A DNA stretch of 64,000 nt from an uncultured Gammaproteobacteria bacterium (GCA_964402425.1 CAYOCD010000002.1:27612-91611); one strand, 5' to 3'; numbered from the stretch's first letter, positions 28,191-38,846 are shown. Translations and numbers: made by a program. Notes: generated by a model from the sequence alone, not told the origin.

Positions 28191-28838
28191 ATGAATCGCG
28201 TGGAATTTAAAACGGCGGATGGAATTGAAATTATTGGATCGTTTCGCACACCCGCAACACCAACGCATGCGGCGATTTTATTACACATGATGCCAGCAAC
28301 AAAGGAAAGCTGGGATGCATTTGCAGAACAACTTGAACGGGTGGGTTTCGCATCAATCGCCATCGATGAACGTGGGCATGGAGAAAGCACGATGAACGGA
28401 ACACTCGACTATCAAACATTCGGAGAACATCAACAGCAAGCAAAAATTGAAGATGTTCGAGCGGCGTTTAAATTTCTGGAACAAGAGGGCTTTGCAGAAT
28501 CACAGATCGTTTTGATTGGCGCATCCATTGGTGCGAATCTTGCTATTCAGTTTATGCTGGAACATCCGTTGATAACAACCGCAATTGCACTATCGCCAGG
28601 ATTAAATTATCGCGGAGTGAGAACAGATGAATTTATCCAACAGCTTCACAAAGGTCAGCGCGTCATTTTGGTTGCCTCTGACGATGATGATCGAGATTCT
28701 GCGCAAAGTTGTCGTACACTTCACGCTCTGAATCCTGCGCAGACAGAACTCATAGAAAAACAGGGTCTCGGACATGGAACAACGATGTTTACAAAAGAAC
28801 CAACTCTTATGACAGAGTTGGTTCAACAGTTCCTCTAA
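28191..28838 (+). CDS. alpha/beta hydrolase
   Basis: DERGHGES, GASIG nucleophile elbow, LSPG, GHGT. Confidence 0.88.
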   Translation: MNRVEFKTADGIEIIGSFRTPATPTHAAILLHMMPATKESWDAFAEQLERVGFASIAIDERGHGESTMNGTLDYQTFGEHQQQAKIEDVRAAFKFLEQEGFAESQIVLIGASIGANLAIQFMLEHPLITTAIALSPGLNYRGVRTDEFIQQLHKGQRVILVASDDDDRDSAQSCRTLHALNPAQTELIEKQGLGHGTTMFTKEPTLMTELVQQFL

Positions 28839-28857
28839 ACGTTTGTTGTACGTTGGA

Positions 28858-29265
28858 TTAACGATGTTCTGTGCGAATCAGATCCCAAAAATCGTAGATG
28901 ATGATTCCAGAGTAGAGCAGAATGGAGAATCCAAGAAAAAGTCCAAAAAATGAAGGGTAGATTAATTGAATGATGAGAATGATTGTTTCAAGCAAAAGCG
29001 CGATGAGAAACATGAAAATCGCGGTCGAGCTTGTTGCGAGCCATTTTCCAAGTTTGTTATCTAGCTGACTTTTTTCGTATGTAAATTCAAAATTGGCAAA
29101 ACAAACCGTGACCAAAAACATACTGATCACCAAGAGAAGATTTCCTGTTTGATCTAAATTTATTTCATCCAAGGATTGTTTGAGGAGAGGATAAAATAAC
29201 AGGGCAAAGAGAATAATCAAGATGTTCTTGTAAATATTTTCTCGAAGATGATGTTTTAGTTTCAT
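28858..29265 (-). CDS. hypothetical membrane protein (about 4 TM)
   Basis: Hydrophobic segments; TG-TAGAAT promoter 8 nt before ATG 29265. Confidence 0.7.
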   Translation of the reverse strand: MKLKHHLRENIYKNILIILFALLFYPLLKQSLDEINLDQTGNLLLVISMFLVTVCFANFEFTYEKSQLDNKLGKWLATSSTAIFMFLIALLLETIILIIQLIYPSFFGLFLGFSILLYSGIIIYDFWDLIRTEHR

Positions 29266-29342
29266 ACAAAGCAATTCTAGCACACCCACAGGATTTGTTG
29301 AGACTTGATCGAATGGAGCAAAACTGTTAACCTCGCGTTTCT

Positions 29343-30446
29343 ATGGAGAACAAACCCACAAACAAAGTAGAACGTAAAAAAGTTCTTCTTGGCATGTCTG
29401 GTGGCGTGGACTCAAGTGTGTCCGCCGTTTTGTTGTTGGAGCAGGGATTCGACGTGATTGGTGCGTTCATGAAGAACTGGTCGGGTGATGTGAATGGACC
29501 GGAAGTGAAAGGAACGGATCGTATTGGGACTTCGTTCGAGGAATGTGGATGGAAAACGGAACGACGTGATGCCATGCGTGTTGCGGCCCAACTCGGCATT
29601 CCATTTCTCACGTTCGATTTTGAGACGGAATATCGCAGAGATGTTGTTGAATACATGTTCCGAGAATTTGAAGCTGGCCGTACGCCAAATCCAGACGTCA
29701 TGTGTAATCGCTACATGAAGTTTGATCTGTTTTTGAAAGAGGCAGATAAGCTTGGATGTGATTACATTGCGACTGGGCATTATGCACGCGTTGATGGGGA
29801 TCGAATCTTGAAAGGTGTTGATCCAAACAAAGATCAAACATATTTTCTCTGGGCGATTGATAAAGCGGTGATTCCTCGCGTTCTATTTCCGATCGGGCAT
29901 CTCGAAAAGCCAGCGGTTCGTGAGATCGCGGCAAAGCACAACCTTGAGGTTGCAACAAAGAAAGATTCAACGGGAATCTGCTTTGTAGGAGAAGTCGACA
30001 TGCGTGAGTTTTTGAAAGCCAGAATGAAAGAGGAGCCGGGAAATGTTGTGACAACGGACAGAAAAGTAATCGGCAAACATATTGGAATCAATTTTTATAC
30101 GATCGGCCAACGTCATGGGCTTGATATTGGGGGTGGAGATCCTTATTATGTTGTTGAAAAACGACGCGAGACAAATGAAATTGTTGTTGGTAGCAACTTT
30201 CATCCCGCACTATTTAAAAATGAACTGACAGCATCGCAATTGAACTGGTTTAAAGAACCTCTGTTTCCAATCGAATGTGAGGCGCGTCTTCGTCACCGCC
30301 AGCCAGTACAGAAGTGTGTTATTTCTCAATTAAACGACGATCAAGTACATGTTGCGTTTATTGAACCACAGCGTGCTGTGACACCAGGCCAATCTATTGT
30401 TTTCTATGTGGGAGACGAGATGATTGGTGGGGGAATCATTGATTAA
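29343..30446 (+). CDS. mnmA: tRNA 2-thiouridine(34) synthase
   Basis: MSGGVDSS, TPNPDVMCN, ATGHYAR, KDQTYFL, DSTGICF. Confidence 0.97.
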   Translation: MENKPTNKVERKKVLLGMSGGVDSSVSAVLLLEQGFDVIGAFMKNWSGDVNGPEVKGTDRIGTSFEECGWKTERRDAMRVAAQLGIPFLTFDFETEYRRDVVEYMFREFEAGRTPNPDVMCNRYMKFDLFLKEADKLGCDYIATGHYARVDGDRILKGVDPNKDQTYFLWAIDKAVIPRVLFPIGHLEKPAVREIAAKHNLEVATKKDSTGICFVGEVDMREFLKARMKEEPGNVVTTDRKVIGKHIGINFYTIGQRHGLDIGGGDPYYVVEKRRETNEIVVGSNFHPALFKNELTASQLNWFKEPLFPIECEARLRHRQPVQKCVISQLNDDQVHVAFIEPQRAVTPGQSIVFYVGDEMIGGGIID

Positions 30447-30478
30447 AAAACCACTTACGAGACGTAAGTGGTTTTTTT
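30445..30478. terminator. bidirectional terminator
   Basis: A6-CCACTTACG-aga-CGTAAGTGG-T7. Confidence 0.85.
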
Positions 30479-31061
30479 ATTTCTGTGCCGCCCACGCATA
30501 AAATTCTTTGCGGGTATCCGTCTTTTCATCAAACGAGATATTCTCGACAATTGGCGGATTTATGTCTTGAATTGTTATTGGGTTCGTAAGCTCGAATGTT
30601 TGATTGAGAAGGGGAATGGTTGTTTTGACAGATCCGGATAAGGGAATAACGCTCGTCTGTTGTTTGAAATCATACCCAATGAACGTTGCGTTTGATTTGT
30701 TCAATAGCGTTTGTGCAGTTGGGGTGTCGACTCTGAGTGTGGATTCAGTATCTGTAACACGTGTCAGAATGCGTCCGTGTCCGAATTTGAGGCGCAGGTC
30801 GTTTTGAACAAGAGATTTAAGCTCAAGATTTGTGTTTTCATCGAGCGTGACTGTTCCGATGGAATCAATGGAGATTTCCACAAATTCTCCTTTTATTGTT
30901 TGAACGGTTTCTCCTTGTTTAAATTCGTGACCAATTACATATGTTAAACCTGTATCACGAAGGACTGTGACGGGAACTTTTGGACGGACATCAAATCGAT
31001 TCAAGACAAGAAGTCCGAAGACAGAAAGGATAAACACGACTGGGAGAATCATTTTTTGCAT
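30477..31061 (-). CDS. FecR-domain-like membrane-anchored protein
   Basis: N-terminal TM, then GETVQT...VTLDENTNLEL...LKFGHGRI...VDTPTA pattern. Confidence 0.6.
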   Translation of the reverse strand: MQKMILPVVFILSVFGLLVLNRFDVRPKVPVTVLRDTGLTYVIGHEFKQGETVQTIKGEFVEISIDSIGTVTLDENTNLELKSLVQNDLRLKFGHGRILTRVTDTESTLRVDTPTAQTLLNKSNATFIGYDFKQQTSVIPLSGSVKTTIPLLNQTFELTNPITIQDINPPIVENISFDEKTDTRKEFYAWAAQK

Positions 31062-31077
31062 GTTAGAATCAGTGTAT

Positions 31078-31332
31078 ATGAAATACTTCTTTTACGGAAC
31101 GGAGTGTCCGCACTGTCATACTATGTTGCCAATTGTTGAAAAACTCAACAAAGAGGGGGCAGAGATTGAAATTCTGGAAACGTGGCACAATGCGGAGAAT
31201 GCAAAAAAACTTGAGACGTTTGATACGGGTTTGTGTGGGGGTGTTCCGTTTTTTTATAACGTAGAGACCAAAAAGTTTTTGTGTGGTGAGGCCACAAAAG
31301 AAGAAGTGCAAAAGTGGTCAGATGGTAAATAG
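31078..31332 (+). CDS. thioredoxin/glutaredoxin-like protein
   Basis: FYGTECPHCH and GVPFF cis-Pro loop. Confidence 0.85.
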   Translation: MKYFFYGTECPHCHTMLPIVEKLNKEGAEIEILETWHNAENAKKLETFDTGLCGGVPFFYNVETKKFLCGEATKEEVQKWSDGK

Positions 31333-31340
31333 TTCAAAAC

Positions 31341-31366
31341 AAAAAACTCGAAGATCGAGTTTTTTT
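31341..31366. terminator. bidirectional terminator
   Basis: AAAAAACTCGA-aga-TCGAGTTTTTT. Confidence 0.75.
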
Positions 31367-31372
31367 GTTTGC

Positions 31373-32269
31373 CTAAATTTCAAAACGCAACATCCAGTGT
31401 GGGTTCGTTTCAACTTGTAAGTCAAGATAAATTTTCTTTCCCATGACAGATTCAAGTTCTTTTCGCGTAGATTGCCCGATTTCACGGATTCCTCTTCCAC
31501 CCTGTCCGATAATCATTCGTTTGTAGCGATCTTCTGTTGTGAAGATGGTTGCTGCAATATACATCACGTTATTTTCACGTTCCTCCATGGCTGTGACTTC
31601 AACATGAATGGTGTATGGAACTTCTTGACGTAGACGGAGATAGAGTTTTTCACGAATCAACTCGGAAACCCAGACGTTGTTCGCCATGTTTGTAATCTGA
31701 TACGCTGGATAGAATTGTTCTCCTTCTGGCAAAATTTCGAAAAGTTTGTCGATAAGTGGTTTGATGTGTGCACTTTCTTTTGCAGATACTTCAAATGTGT
31801 GATCAAATTTGTCGGAAAGGTCGCGATAAAAATCAAGATAAGGCTTGTTGTTGTCATCCATCTTGTTAATAACCATGATTTTTGGTTTGTCGATCTGTTC
31901 CACCATGCGCAACATGGATTTTTCTTCATCTCCAATCACTCGTGTTGGGTCGGCTACATACATGAGAATATCAACATCCGAGAGCGCATTCTTAAGTGAT
32001 TCTGTGAGTGCTTTCGAAAGGGCGTCTTTTGCCCCTTTCAACATTCCTGGCGTATCAACGAACACAATCTGACCTTCATCGCGTGTAAGAATTCCATGAA
32101 TTGGCAAACGTGTTGTTTGTGGCTTTGGGGAAGTGATCGCAACTTTTGAACCAACGAGCGCGTTCATGAGTGTGGATTTTCCAACGTTTGAGCGTCCAAC
32201 GATTACAACGAAACCAGCTTTTGTAATAGGTTTTTCAACTTCTGTTTCTGAGGTAGGGGAGATTGTCAT
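31373..32269 (-). CDS. era: GTPase Era
   Basis: GRSNVGKST, PQTTR, DTPG, NKMD, KH-domain IIGQGG. Confidence 0.96.
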   Translation of the reverse strand: MTISPTSETEVEKPITKAGFVVIVGRSNVGKSTLMNALVGSKVAITSPKPQTTRLPIHGILTRDEGQIVFVDTPGMLKGAKDALSKALTESLKNALSDVDILMYVADPTRVIGDEEKSMLRMVEQIDKPKIMVINKMDDNNKPYLDFYRDLSDKFDHTFEVSAKESAHIKPLIDKLFEILPEGEQFYPAYQITNMANNVWVSELIREKLYLRLRQEVPYTIHVEVTAMEERENNVMYIAATIFTTEDRYKRMIIGQGGRGIREIGQSTRKELESVMGKKIYLDLQVETNPHWMLRFEI

Positions 32270-32280
32270 AGAATAAAATT

Positions 32281-33417
32281 CTAAAATGATTTAAGTTCGA
32301 GTTTAGTTATGAGTTCAACGTGTGGCGTGTGAGGGAACATGTCGATTGCTTTCATGGCGGTCACGTTGTAGATCTCTTGCAATTGAACCATTTCACGCGC
32401 AAAATTTTTTGGATTGCAGGAAACGTAGATGATGGTCTTTGGTTTATGTTTGATGATGTCCGCAAGTGCACGATCATGCATTCCGGAGCGCGGTGGATCG
32501 AGAATAACGACATCTGCATTATGTTTCGACCAATCGTAATCTTCTGTTGGTGCGGCGAAGAATTCTGGCGAGACGTTGTTGAGTGTCGCGTTTATCTTTG
32601 CGTCTTCGATTGCCTCGGCATTCAGTTCGACTCCGATCATGGTTTGGGCTGAACTTGCAAGGGTAATAGAGAAGAATCCAGTTCCGCAATACAGATCGAG
32701 TACACGTTTATCTGAAAGATCCCCACAAAATTCTTTGACAGTGTCGAGAAGAAGATGTGATGCGAATGAATTTGTTTGAAAGAAAGCATTTGGGCTGATG
32801 CGGTATGTTTTGTTTAAGATCATTTCTTCGATATAGCCTGGCCCAGAGATATTTGTAAGTTCTGTCCCAAACGACGTGTCCGAGTCTGTGGCGTTAATGG
32901 ACCAGACGAGTGTTGAGGGGTTTGTAAGTTCTGCTAGAGCAGAAAGACCTGAAAGGATGAGGGAACGTTCAGCTTCATCAGCTGGCGCACTCGTTACAAG
33001 CACAATCATAGTTTGCCCTGTTCGTGTGGCGCGGATTGTTGCGTAGCGCAAGAGTCCTGTGTGCGCGCGACGGTCGTAAAACGAGAGCCCGCACGTCTTT
33101 GCCCATTCGCGAACGGGAACAAAGAGGGTATCGATCTGTTCGTCTGCAAGAAAACAGGTATGATTATCAAGAACTTTCCACCACTTATCTTTTTGACGCA
33201 TGCCGACTCGACCCTCAAAATCGATCACAAAGTCCATTCGATTGCGATAATGTTCGAGTTTTGGACTTGGAAGGATCTCTTCACACTTCAAAGAAAGGTC
33301 TTTGAGCTTGAAAGAACCGTTAATATCCGATACTTTCTGTATCAGTTGTTTCTCATACGGAATGTGCGACCAGGAGCATGAACCACATAATTCTTTGTTT
33401 GGGCAGAGATTCGACAT
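32281..33417 (-). CDS. rlmD: 23S rRNA m5U methyltransferase (RlmD/RumA family, no TRAM domain)
   Basis: CxxxxxCGSC, AFFQTN, DLYCGTG, LDPPRSG, YVSCNP, DMFPHTPHVE. Confidence 0.88.
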   Translation of the reverse strand: MSNLCPNKELCGSCSWSHIPYEKQLIQKVSDINGSFKLKDLSLKCEEILPSPKLEHYRNRMDFVIDFEGRVGMRQKDKWWKVLDNHTCFLADEQIDTLFVPVREWAKTCGLSFYDRRAHTGLLRYATIRATRTGQTMIVLVTSAPADEAERSLILSGLSALAELTNPSTLVWSINATDSDTSFGTELTNISGPGYIEEMILNKTYRISPNAFFQTNSFASHLLLDTVKEFCGDLSDKRVLDLYCGTGFFSITLASSAQTMIGVELNAEAIEDAKINATLNNVSPEFFAAPTEDYDWSKHNADVVILDPPRSGMHDRALADIIKHKPKTIIYVSCNPKNFAREMVQLQEIYNVTAMKAIDMFPHTPHVELITKLELKSF

Positions 33418-33472
33418 ATCGGGCGAAGAATACCCGAAAATCGTTTTTATTTCAAGAGTTAGCGCAAAAACT

Positions 33473-33925
33473 ATGATTCTTATCGCACACAACATCCGAT
33501 CACTCCATAATGTCGGTGCTTTCTTTCGTACAGCGGATGCGTTTGGGGTCGAAAAGATTTATTTGACAGGGTATACAGGTTGCCCACCCAGAAAAGAAAT
33601 TGCGAAGACGGCACTTGGATCGGAACATCGTATTCCATGGGAGTACCGTGAGGAGCTCGACGCACTTTTGATCGAGTTGCGATCAGAGGGAAAAAAGCTT
33701 GTTGCTCTTGAGATTTCAGATCGTGCGATTCCTGTAAACGCACTTGAGATCCCTGTTGAGAACATTGCCCTTATGGTTGGTAGCGAAGTTGAGGGAATCT
33801 TGCCACACCTTCTTGAGCAGTGTGATGAGATCATTGAGATTCCCATGATTGGGATAAAAAAATCGCTCAACGTCTCTGTTGCAACAGGGATTGCCTTGTT
33901 TGCGATTATGGCAAAAATCCGTTAA
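33473..33925 (+). CDS. SpoU/TrmH family RNA methyltransferase
   Basis: HNVGAFFRTADAFG, GSEVEGI, IPMIG..SLNVSVA. Confidence 0.9.
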   Translation: MILIAHNIRSLHNVGAFFRTADAFGVEKIYLTGYTGCPPRKEIAKTALGSEHRIPWEYREELDALLIELRSEGKKLVALEISDRAIPVNALEIPVENIALMVGSEVEGILPHLLEQCDEIIEIPMIGIKKSLNVSVATGIALFAIMAKIR

Positions 33926-33936
33926 ACTGATTCTGT

Positions 33937-34671
33937 ATGTTATCGATTGTCATTCCGACAAAAAATGAAGAAGAACACCTCCCAAAATTATTAGAATCCA
34001 TCAAATTACAAACCGTTCAACCTCAAGAAATTATCGTTGCAGATGCGCATTCAACAGATAAAACAAGAGAAATTGCAAAATCATTTGGAGCAAAAGTGAT
34101 TGATGGCGGTATGCCATCGGTCGGAAGAAATCTTGGAGCAAAACATGTTGCGACAGATTTGATTTTGTTTTTGGATGCAGATGTTGAATTACGCGATCCA
34201 ACATTTTTGGAAAAATCAATTAGAGAATTTCAAGATCGTTGCCTCGGTCTTGCAACATGCGATGTTTTTCCATTGTCAGATGCGTATATCGATCACTTTC
34301 TCCACAAAGCGTACAATAAATATGTTCGCGCCTGGGGATCTCTTTTTCCACACGCACCTGGGTTTTGCATGCTTGTAAGAAGGGAGGGGCACAATAAAAT
34401 TCGTGGTTTTGATGAATCAATTGTGTTTTGTGAAGATCATGATTATGCACGACGATTTAAGCGTGTTGGCAGATTTGGTTTTTTAAGATCTACAAAAATT
34501 CCGGTGAGCATCAGGCGTCTTGATCGTGATGGTCGTTTGAAAATAGCAATCAAATACTTACTTGCAGAATTACATCTCGCATTTGTTGGACCTATCAGAT
34601 CAAATACGTTCAACTACACATTTGGGCACAGTAAAAAGTTAAAATCAAAGACTGAAAAAAACAAAAGGTAA
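33937..34671 (+). CDS. family 2 glycosyltransferase
   Basis: SIVIPTKNEE, GRNLGA, FLDAD, GFDE, EDHDY. Confidence 0.9.
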   Translation: MLSIVIPTKNEEEHLPKLLESIKLQTVQPQEIIVADAHSTDKTREIAKSFGAKVIDGGMPSVGRNLGAKHVATDLILFLDADVELRDPTFLEKSIREFQDRCLGLATCDVFPLSDAYIDHFLHKAYNKYVRAWGSLFPHAPGFCMLVRREGHNKIRGFDESIVFCEDHDYARRFKRVGRFGFLRSTKIPVSIRRLDRDGRLKIAIKYLLAELHLAFVGPIRSNTFNYTFGHSKKLKSKTEKNKR

Positions 34672-34673
34672 CT

Positions 34674-35240
34674 ATGCTCCTTTTTCCGCTCGTTATTCAA
34701 CATCGTCATGTGCATTTGTCGAAGATTGACCTTCGACAATTATTTGGTGATGAAAAATCGTTAGAGATTGAATTTGAATTAGAGCAGAAAGGACAATTTC
34801 TCTACAAAGAAACCGTGAATGTGGAGGGTAAAACAGGCGTGATTGAATCGGTGCGTGTTTTGGGTCCGTGTCGTAGCAAAACACAGGTCGAACTTTCTGT
34901 CACTGATGCATTCGCTATTGGCTTAAAGGCGCCGGCTCGCTTGTCTGGAGATACGCTTCGGGCCGCATCATGTAAACTCGTTGGTCCAGAAGGTTCTGTT
35001 CGAGCTGTGGCTTCTGTTATTGTTCCAGTTCGTCATTTGCACTGTTCAGATCGGGTTGCAAAAAAACTTCACTTGAAAAACCATCGCGTGGTAACATTAA
35101 GGCACGCAGAGAAGCCAGACGTTGTTTTAACACATGTGTTTGTTCGTGTTCATCCAACGTTTGCTCCTGAATTACATCTTACATCTGATGAAGCTGCACA
35201 TTACTGGCTTCATTCCGGTGATTTATTTGAAGTATGTTGA
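34674..35240 (+). CDS. pduL: phosphate propanoyl/acetyltransferase (PduL family)
   Basis: RHVHLS, RVLGPCRxxTQVELS, RxSGD, RHLH, LHxxxDEA. Confidence 0.8.
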   Translation: MLLFPLVIQHRHVHLSKIDLRQLFGDEKSLEIEFELEQKGQFLYKETVNVEGKTGVIESVRVLGPCRSKTQVELSVTDAFAIGLKAPARLSGDTLRAASCKLVGPEGSVRAVASVIVPVRHLHCSDRVAKKLHLKNHRVVTLRHAEKPDVVLTHVFVRVHPTFAPELHLTSDEAAHYWLHSGDLFEVC

Positions 35241-36508
35241 AACGTTTTTCGTTCACCGCCATCTTTGCATTCGTTGTTTTTTTAGTTCCGACGTTTGCGT
35301 ATGCAGCAACAGCTGATCTCAAAGTAAGTGCTACGGATATTCGTTTTTCAAAGTCTACGTTAATTGTAGGTGATGCAATACGTGTTTATACAAAAGTTCA
35401 AAACATTGGAACGGTTGATATTGTTGGATATGTAACTTTTTACCAAGGGAGTTCGGTTATTGCAGAGCCGCAAGTGATTTCTGTGGTCGCAGGAAGTGAT
35501 CCGGAAGAAGCGTTTGTTGACTTTGTTGTTCCTGATGGGCCGTTTAATCTCAGAACTGTTATTAGCGGCACAAAACCAGCAGATGAGAACTTAGATAATA
35601 ATGTTGCTATCACTGGAATTTACACCCCTATTCCAGACAAGGATCGAGATGGAATCAAGGATGATTCTGATAATTGTCCAACGATTACAAACCCAAGCCA
35701 ATCAGATTTGGATAAAGATAGTGTTGGTGATGCGTGTGATGATGATATCGATGGCGACGGTCTGACAAACGGTGTAGAAGCAGAACAGGGGACGAATGCA
35801 CAAGCAAAAGATACGGACGGAGATGGAGTCAGTGATGCCCAAGATGTTTACCCACTTGATCCAAAACGTTCCGTATTAGAAAAACCTGTTCCGCCAAAAA
35901 TTGTAGAAAAACAGGTGATGCCAAAACCAGAAATACAAAACACAAAGGTATTGAGTGTGAATACAAAATCTGAAACAGTTTCTAATACGTCTGTTTCAAA
36001 TACAGTTTCACCTTCACTTATTGCCACACCCACACCGTCATTAGACACAGCAGAAGTCGTTTCGATGGAGTCACTGAAAGGGGGTGTATCTCCAAATGCG
36101 GTGTTTTCTTATGAAAAAAGTTCTTGGAACACATTTGTTTTTCGTTTAGTTGCACCTGTCCAGGATCGTTTCGTTTATGAATGGAATTTTGGAGATGGTG
36201 TTCATTCAAGCAAATCAGATGTTACACATACGTATGCACAAGCTGGATCATATTTAGTAACACTCAAAACAACAGATGAAGCAGGGGTTGTTTCAGAAGA
36301 ATCCGCAGAAGTGCATGTCGCGTTTTTTACGTTTTCAAATCCGTTGATTATCGCCTTGCTTACACTGCTCGGAATTGTATTTGTTGGAATTTGTGTGGCA
36401 TTGTTTAAGCTGAAAACAACAAAACGACCAAGAAAAAAAGGGGTCGTAAGTGAATCAGAGACGTCAGAAGAGCAAACGTTAAAACAAATTTTTGTCAAAG
36501 AAGAGTAG
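35234..36508 (+). CDS. surface protein: CARDB-like Ig domain, thrombospondin type-3 repeats, PKD domain, C-terminal TM
   Basis: Signal peptide; DKDRDGIKDDSDNCP...DxDxDxVGDACD; YEWNFGDG...HTYAQAGSYLVTL. Confidence 0.85.
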   Translation: MLKRFSFTAIFAFVVFLVPTFAYAATADLKVSATDIRFSKSTLIVGDAIRVYTKVQNIGTVDIVGYVTFYQGSSVIAEPQVISVVAGSDPEEAFVDFVVPDGPFNLRTVISGTKPADENLDNNVAITGIYTPIPDKDRDGIKDDSDNCPTITNPSQSDLDKDSVGDACDDDIDGDGLTNGVEAEQGTNAQAKDTDGDGVSDAQDVYPLDPKRSVLEKPVPPKIVEKQVMPKPEIQNTKVLSVNTKSETVSNTSVSNTVSPSLIATPTPSLDTAEVVSMESLKGGVSPNAVFSYEKSSWNTFVFRLVAPVQDRFVYEWNFGDGVHSSKSDVTHTYAQAGSYLVTLKTTDEAGVVSEESAEVHVAFFTFSNPLIIALLTLLGIVFVGICVALFKLKTTKRPRKKGVVSESETSEEQTLKQIFVKEE

Positions 36509-36543
36509 GGAAGGGTAAGTTTCGTGTTTGGGCTTAAAATTTT

Positions 36544-36573
36544 TTGACTTTACGACTTTCTTTTCGGTACAAT
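36544..36573 (+). promoter_or_regulatory. sigma70 promoter 9 nt upstream of the alaS start
   Basis: TTGACT-N18-TACAAT-N9-ATG. Confidence 0.7.
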
Positions 36574-36582
36574 CGATCCACT

Positions 36583-38466
36583 ATGACAATTTTTGAAATA
36601 CGAGAACAATACCTTAAGTTTTTTGCAGAACGCGGACATGCAATTCTTCCATCCGCTTCATTGGTTCCTGAAAATGACCCGACAACGTTGTTTACAGGAT
36701 CTGGAATGCAGCCCATGGTTTCTTATTTGCTCGGCGAACCTCATCCACGCGGTGTTCGTATTTCTGATTCACAAAAGTGTTTTCGTTCAGGTGATATAGA
36801 TGAAGTTGGTGATAATCGTCACACAACTTTTTTCGAAATGCTTGGTAACTGGTCTTTGGGAGATTATTTTAAACAGGAACAGATTTCATGGATGTTCGAG
36901 TTTCTTACAGAGCGTCTTGGGTTGGATCCACAGAATTTATATATCACTGTTTTTCGTGGAAATAAAGAATTGAATATTCCTAAAGATGAAGAATCTGCTG
37001 CGTTGTGGCAATCCTTATTTGCTTCAAAGGGTATAGAGGCTTTTATTGGGGAAGATGCAGAAACAAATGGCATGAATTCTGGAGAACGTATTTTTTATTA
37101 CGGTGAAAAGAAGAATTGGTGGAGTCGCATGGGAGTTCCGTTAAATATGGCGGTTGGTGAACCGGGTGGTCCTGATACGGAAATGTTTTGGGATTTTGGT
37201 GTGGAGCGTCAATTGCATGAAACATCTGTTTGGAAAGATGAGCCATGTCACGTTAATTGTGATTGTGGACGATTTGTTGAAATCGGAAACAATGTATTCA
37301 TGCAATATGTAAAAAAAGAAAATGGATTTCAAGAATTATCCCAACGAAATGTTGATTTTGGAGGAGGTCTTGAACGTATTGCCGCTGCAGTAAATGGAGA
37401 TCCAGATGTATTTCTTATTGATGCTTTTGTTCCAGCTGCAGAGGCATTGTTCTCGATGAGTGGAAAAGAGTATGAAACGCATATGCATGCCTATCGCGTA
37501 ATTTTGGATCATTTGCGAGCAGCAACGTTTTTAATTGGAGATGGTATAAATCCATCGAATAAAGATCAGGGATATTTTGTGCGTCGTTTGATTCGTCGAG
37601 CGGTTCGATTTGCTCACCAGTTGAACATTACGGAAAATGTCTGTGCGAAAATCGGCGCCACATTTATCGATGTTTATGCGAATGCATACCCAAGCCTTTC
37701 TTCTGCTCGCGAACAAATTGTGGCAGAACTTGAAAAAGAAGAGAAAAAGTTTCAATTAACATTGAAACAGGGGATGAAAAAATTTGTTGAACTTTTGAGT
37801 CAAGGAACAGATAAACGCATTTCCGGAGTCGATGCATTTGATCTTGTTCAGTCATACGGATTTCCCGTTGAACTCACGCAAGAACTCGCACAAGAAAACG
37901 GGTTTGTTGTTGATATGGAGACATTCAAGGTGGAAAAAGAAAAACACCAAGCTCTTTCACGGGCTGGTTCTGAGCAAAAGTTTAAAGGGGGTCTTGCGGA
38001 TACTTCTGAAATGAGTGTGAAGTACCACACCGCAACACACTTGTTGCATCGGGCACTAAAACAGGTTCTTGGTGATTTGGTTCAACAAAAAGGAAGTAAC
38101 ATCACTCCAGAGCGTTTACGATTTGATTTTCCATACCAAGAAAAACTTACAGACGAACAAATTCAACAAGTTGAGGTGTTGGTAAATGAAGCAATAGCAA
38201 AAAAACTTCCAGTTCACTTTGAAATGCTCACTCTTGAAGAGGCTAAAGCTCGTGGGGCAATAGGGTTGTTTGAGGACAAGTATGAGGAGGTAGGAAATAT
38301 GGTTAAAGTCTACTTTGTTGGTGATGAAGCGACTGGAGATGTTTTTTCAAAAGAGGTCTGTGGAGGTCCACATGTAGCAAATACCTCTGAGTTGGGTCAA
38401 TTCAAGATTCAAAAAGAAGAATCAATCGGATCTGGTCTTCGCAGAATTAAAGCTGTTTTGTCTTAA
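36583..38466 (+). CDS. alaS: alanine--tRNA ligase (no C-Ala domain)
   Basis: HTTFFEMLGNWS, GGGLER, HTATHLL and CGGPH editing motifs; ends at RRIKAVLS. Confidence 0.96.
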   Translation: MTIFEIREQYLKFFAERGHAILPSASLVPENDPTTLFTGSGMQPMVSYLLGEPHPRGVRISDSQKCFRSGDIDEVGDNRHTTFFEMLGNWSLGDYFKQEQISWMFEFLTERLGLDPQNLYITVFRGNKELNIPKDEESAALWQSLFASKGIEAFIGEDAETNGMNSGERIFYYGEKKNWWSRMGVPLNMAVGEPGGPDTEMFWDFGVERQLHETSVWKDEPCHVNCDCGRFVEIGNNVFMQYVKKENGFQELSQRNVDFGGGLERIAAAVNGDPDVFLIDAFVPAAEALFSMSGKEYETHMHAYRVILDHLRAATFLIGDGINPSNKDQGYFVRRLIRRAVRFAHQLNITENVCAKIGATFIDVYANAYPSLSSAREQIVAELEKEEKKFQLTLKQGMKKFVELLSQGTDKRISGVDAFDLVQSYGFPVELTQELAQENGFVVDMETFKVEKEKHQALSRAGSEQKFKGGLADTSEMSVKYHTATHLLHRALKQVLGDLVQQKGSNITPERLRFDFPYQEKLTDEQIQQVEVLVNEAIAKKLPVHFEMLTLEEAKARGAIGLFEDKYEEVGNMVKVYFVGDEATGDVFSKEVCGGPHVANTSELGQFKIQKEESIGSGLRRIKAVLS

Positions 38467-38624
38467 ACACGACTTAATTTAGCAGAAAAAAAACTTTGAA
38501 GGTTATCCACGGTTGATTTCTTGACACATTTTAGCAAATAACATAAAATACCGGCGCCTCAGAAATCTATTTTTGCTTGCGATTTACAGCAAAATTTGAT
38601 AGCATTTCTTGAACCAATGAACCT

Positions 38625-38846
38625 ATGAGTCAGGAAACAAAAGATTTTATTGAAATGCGAGGCACGGTAGAAGAACTTCTACCATCTGCAAATTTCAAAG
38701 TGAAACTAGAAAACGGACAAACCATTACAGGATATCTGTCAGGAAAAATGCGCAAATTTCGTATTCGTATTTTGCCCGGAGATGATGTGAAGGTTGAAAT
38801 CAGTCCGTACGACCTTACGAAAGGCCGTGTCGTTTATCGTTTCTAA
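38625..38846 (+). CDS. infA: translation initiation factor IF-1
   Basis: [28 protein letters not shown]. Confidence 0.97.
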   Translation: MSQETKDFIEMRGTVEELLPSANFKVKLENGQTITGYLSGKMRKFRIRILPGDDVKVEISPYDLTKGRVVYRF

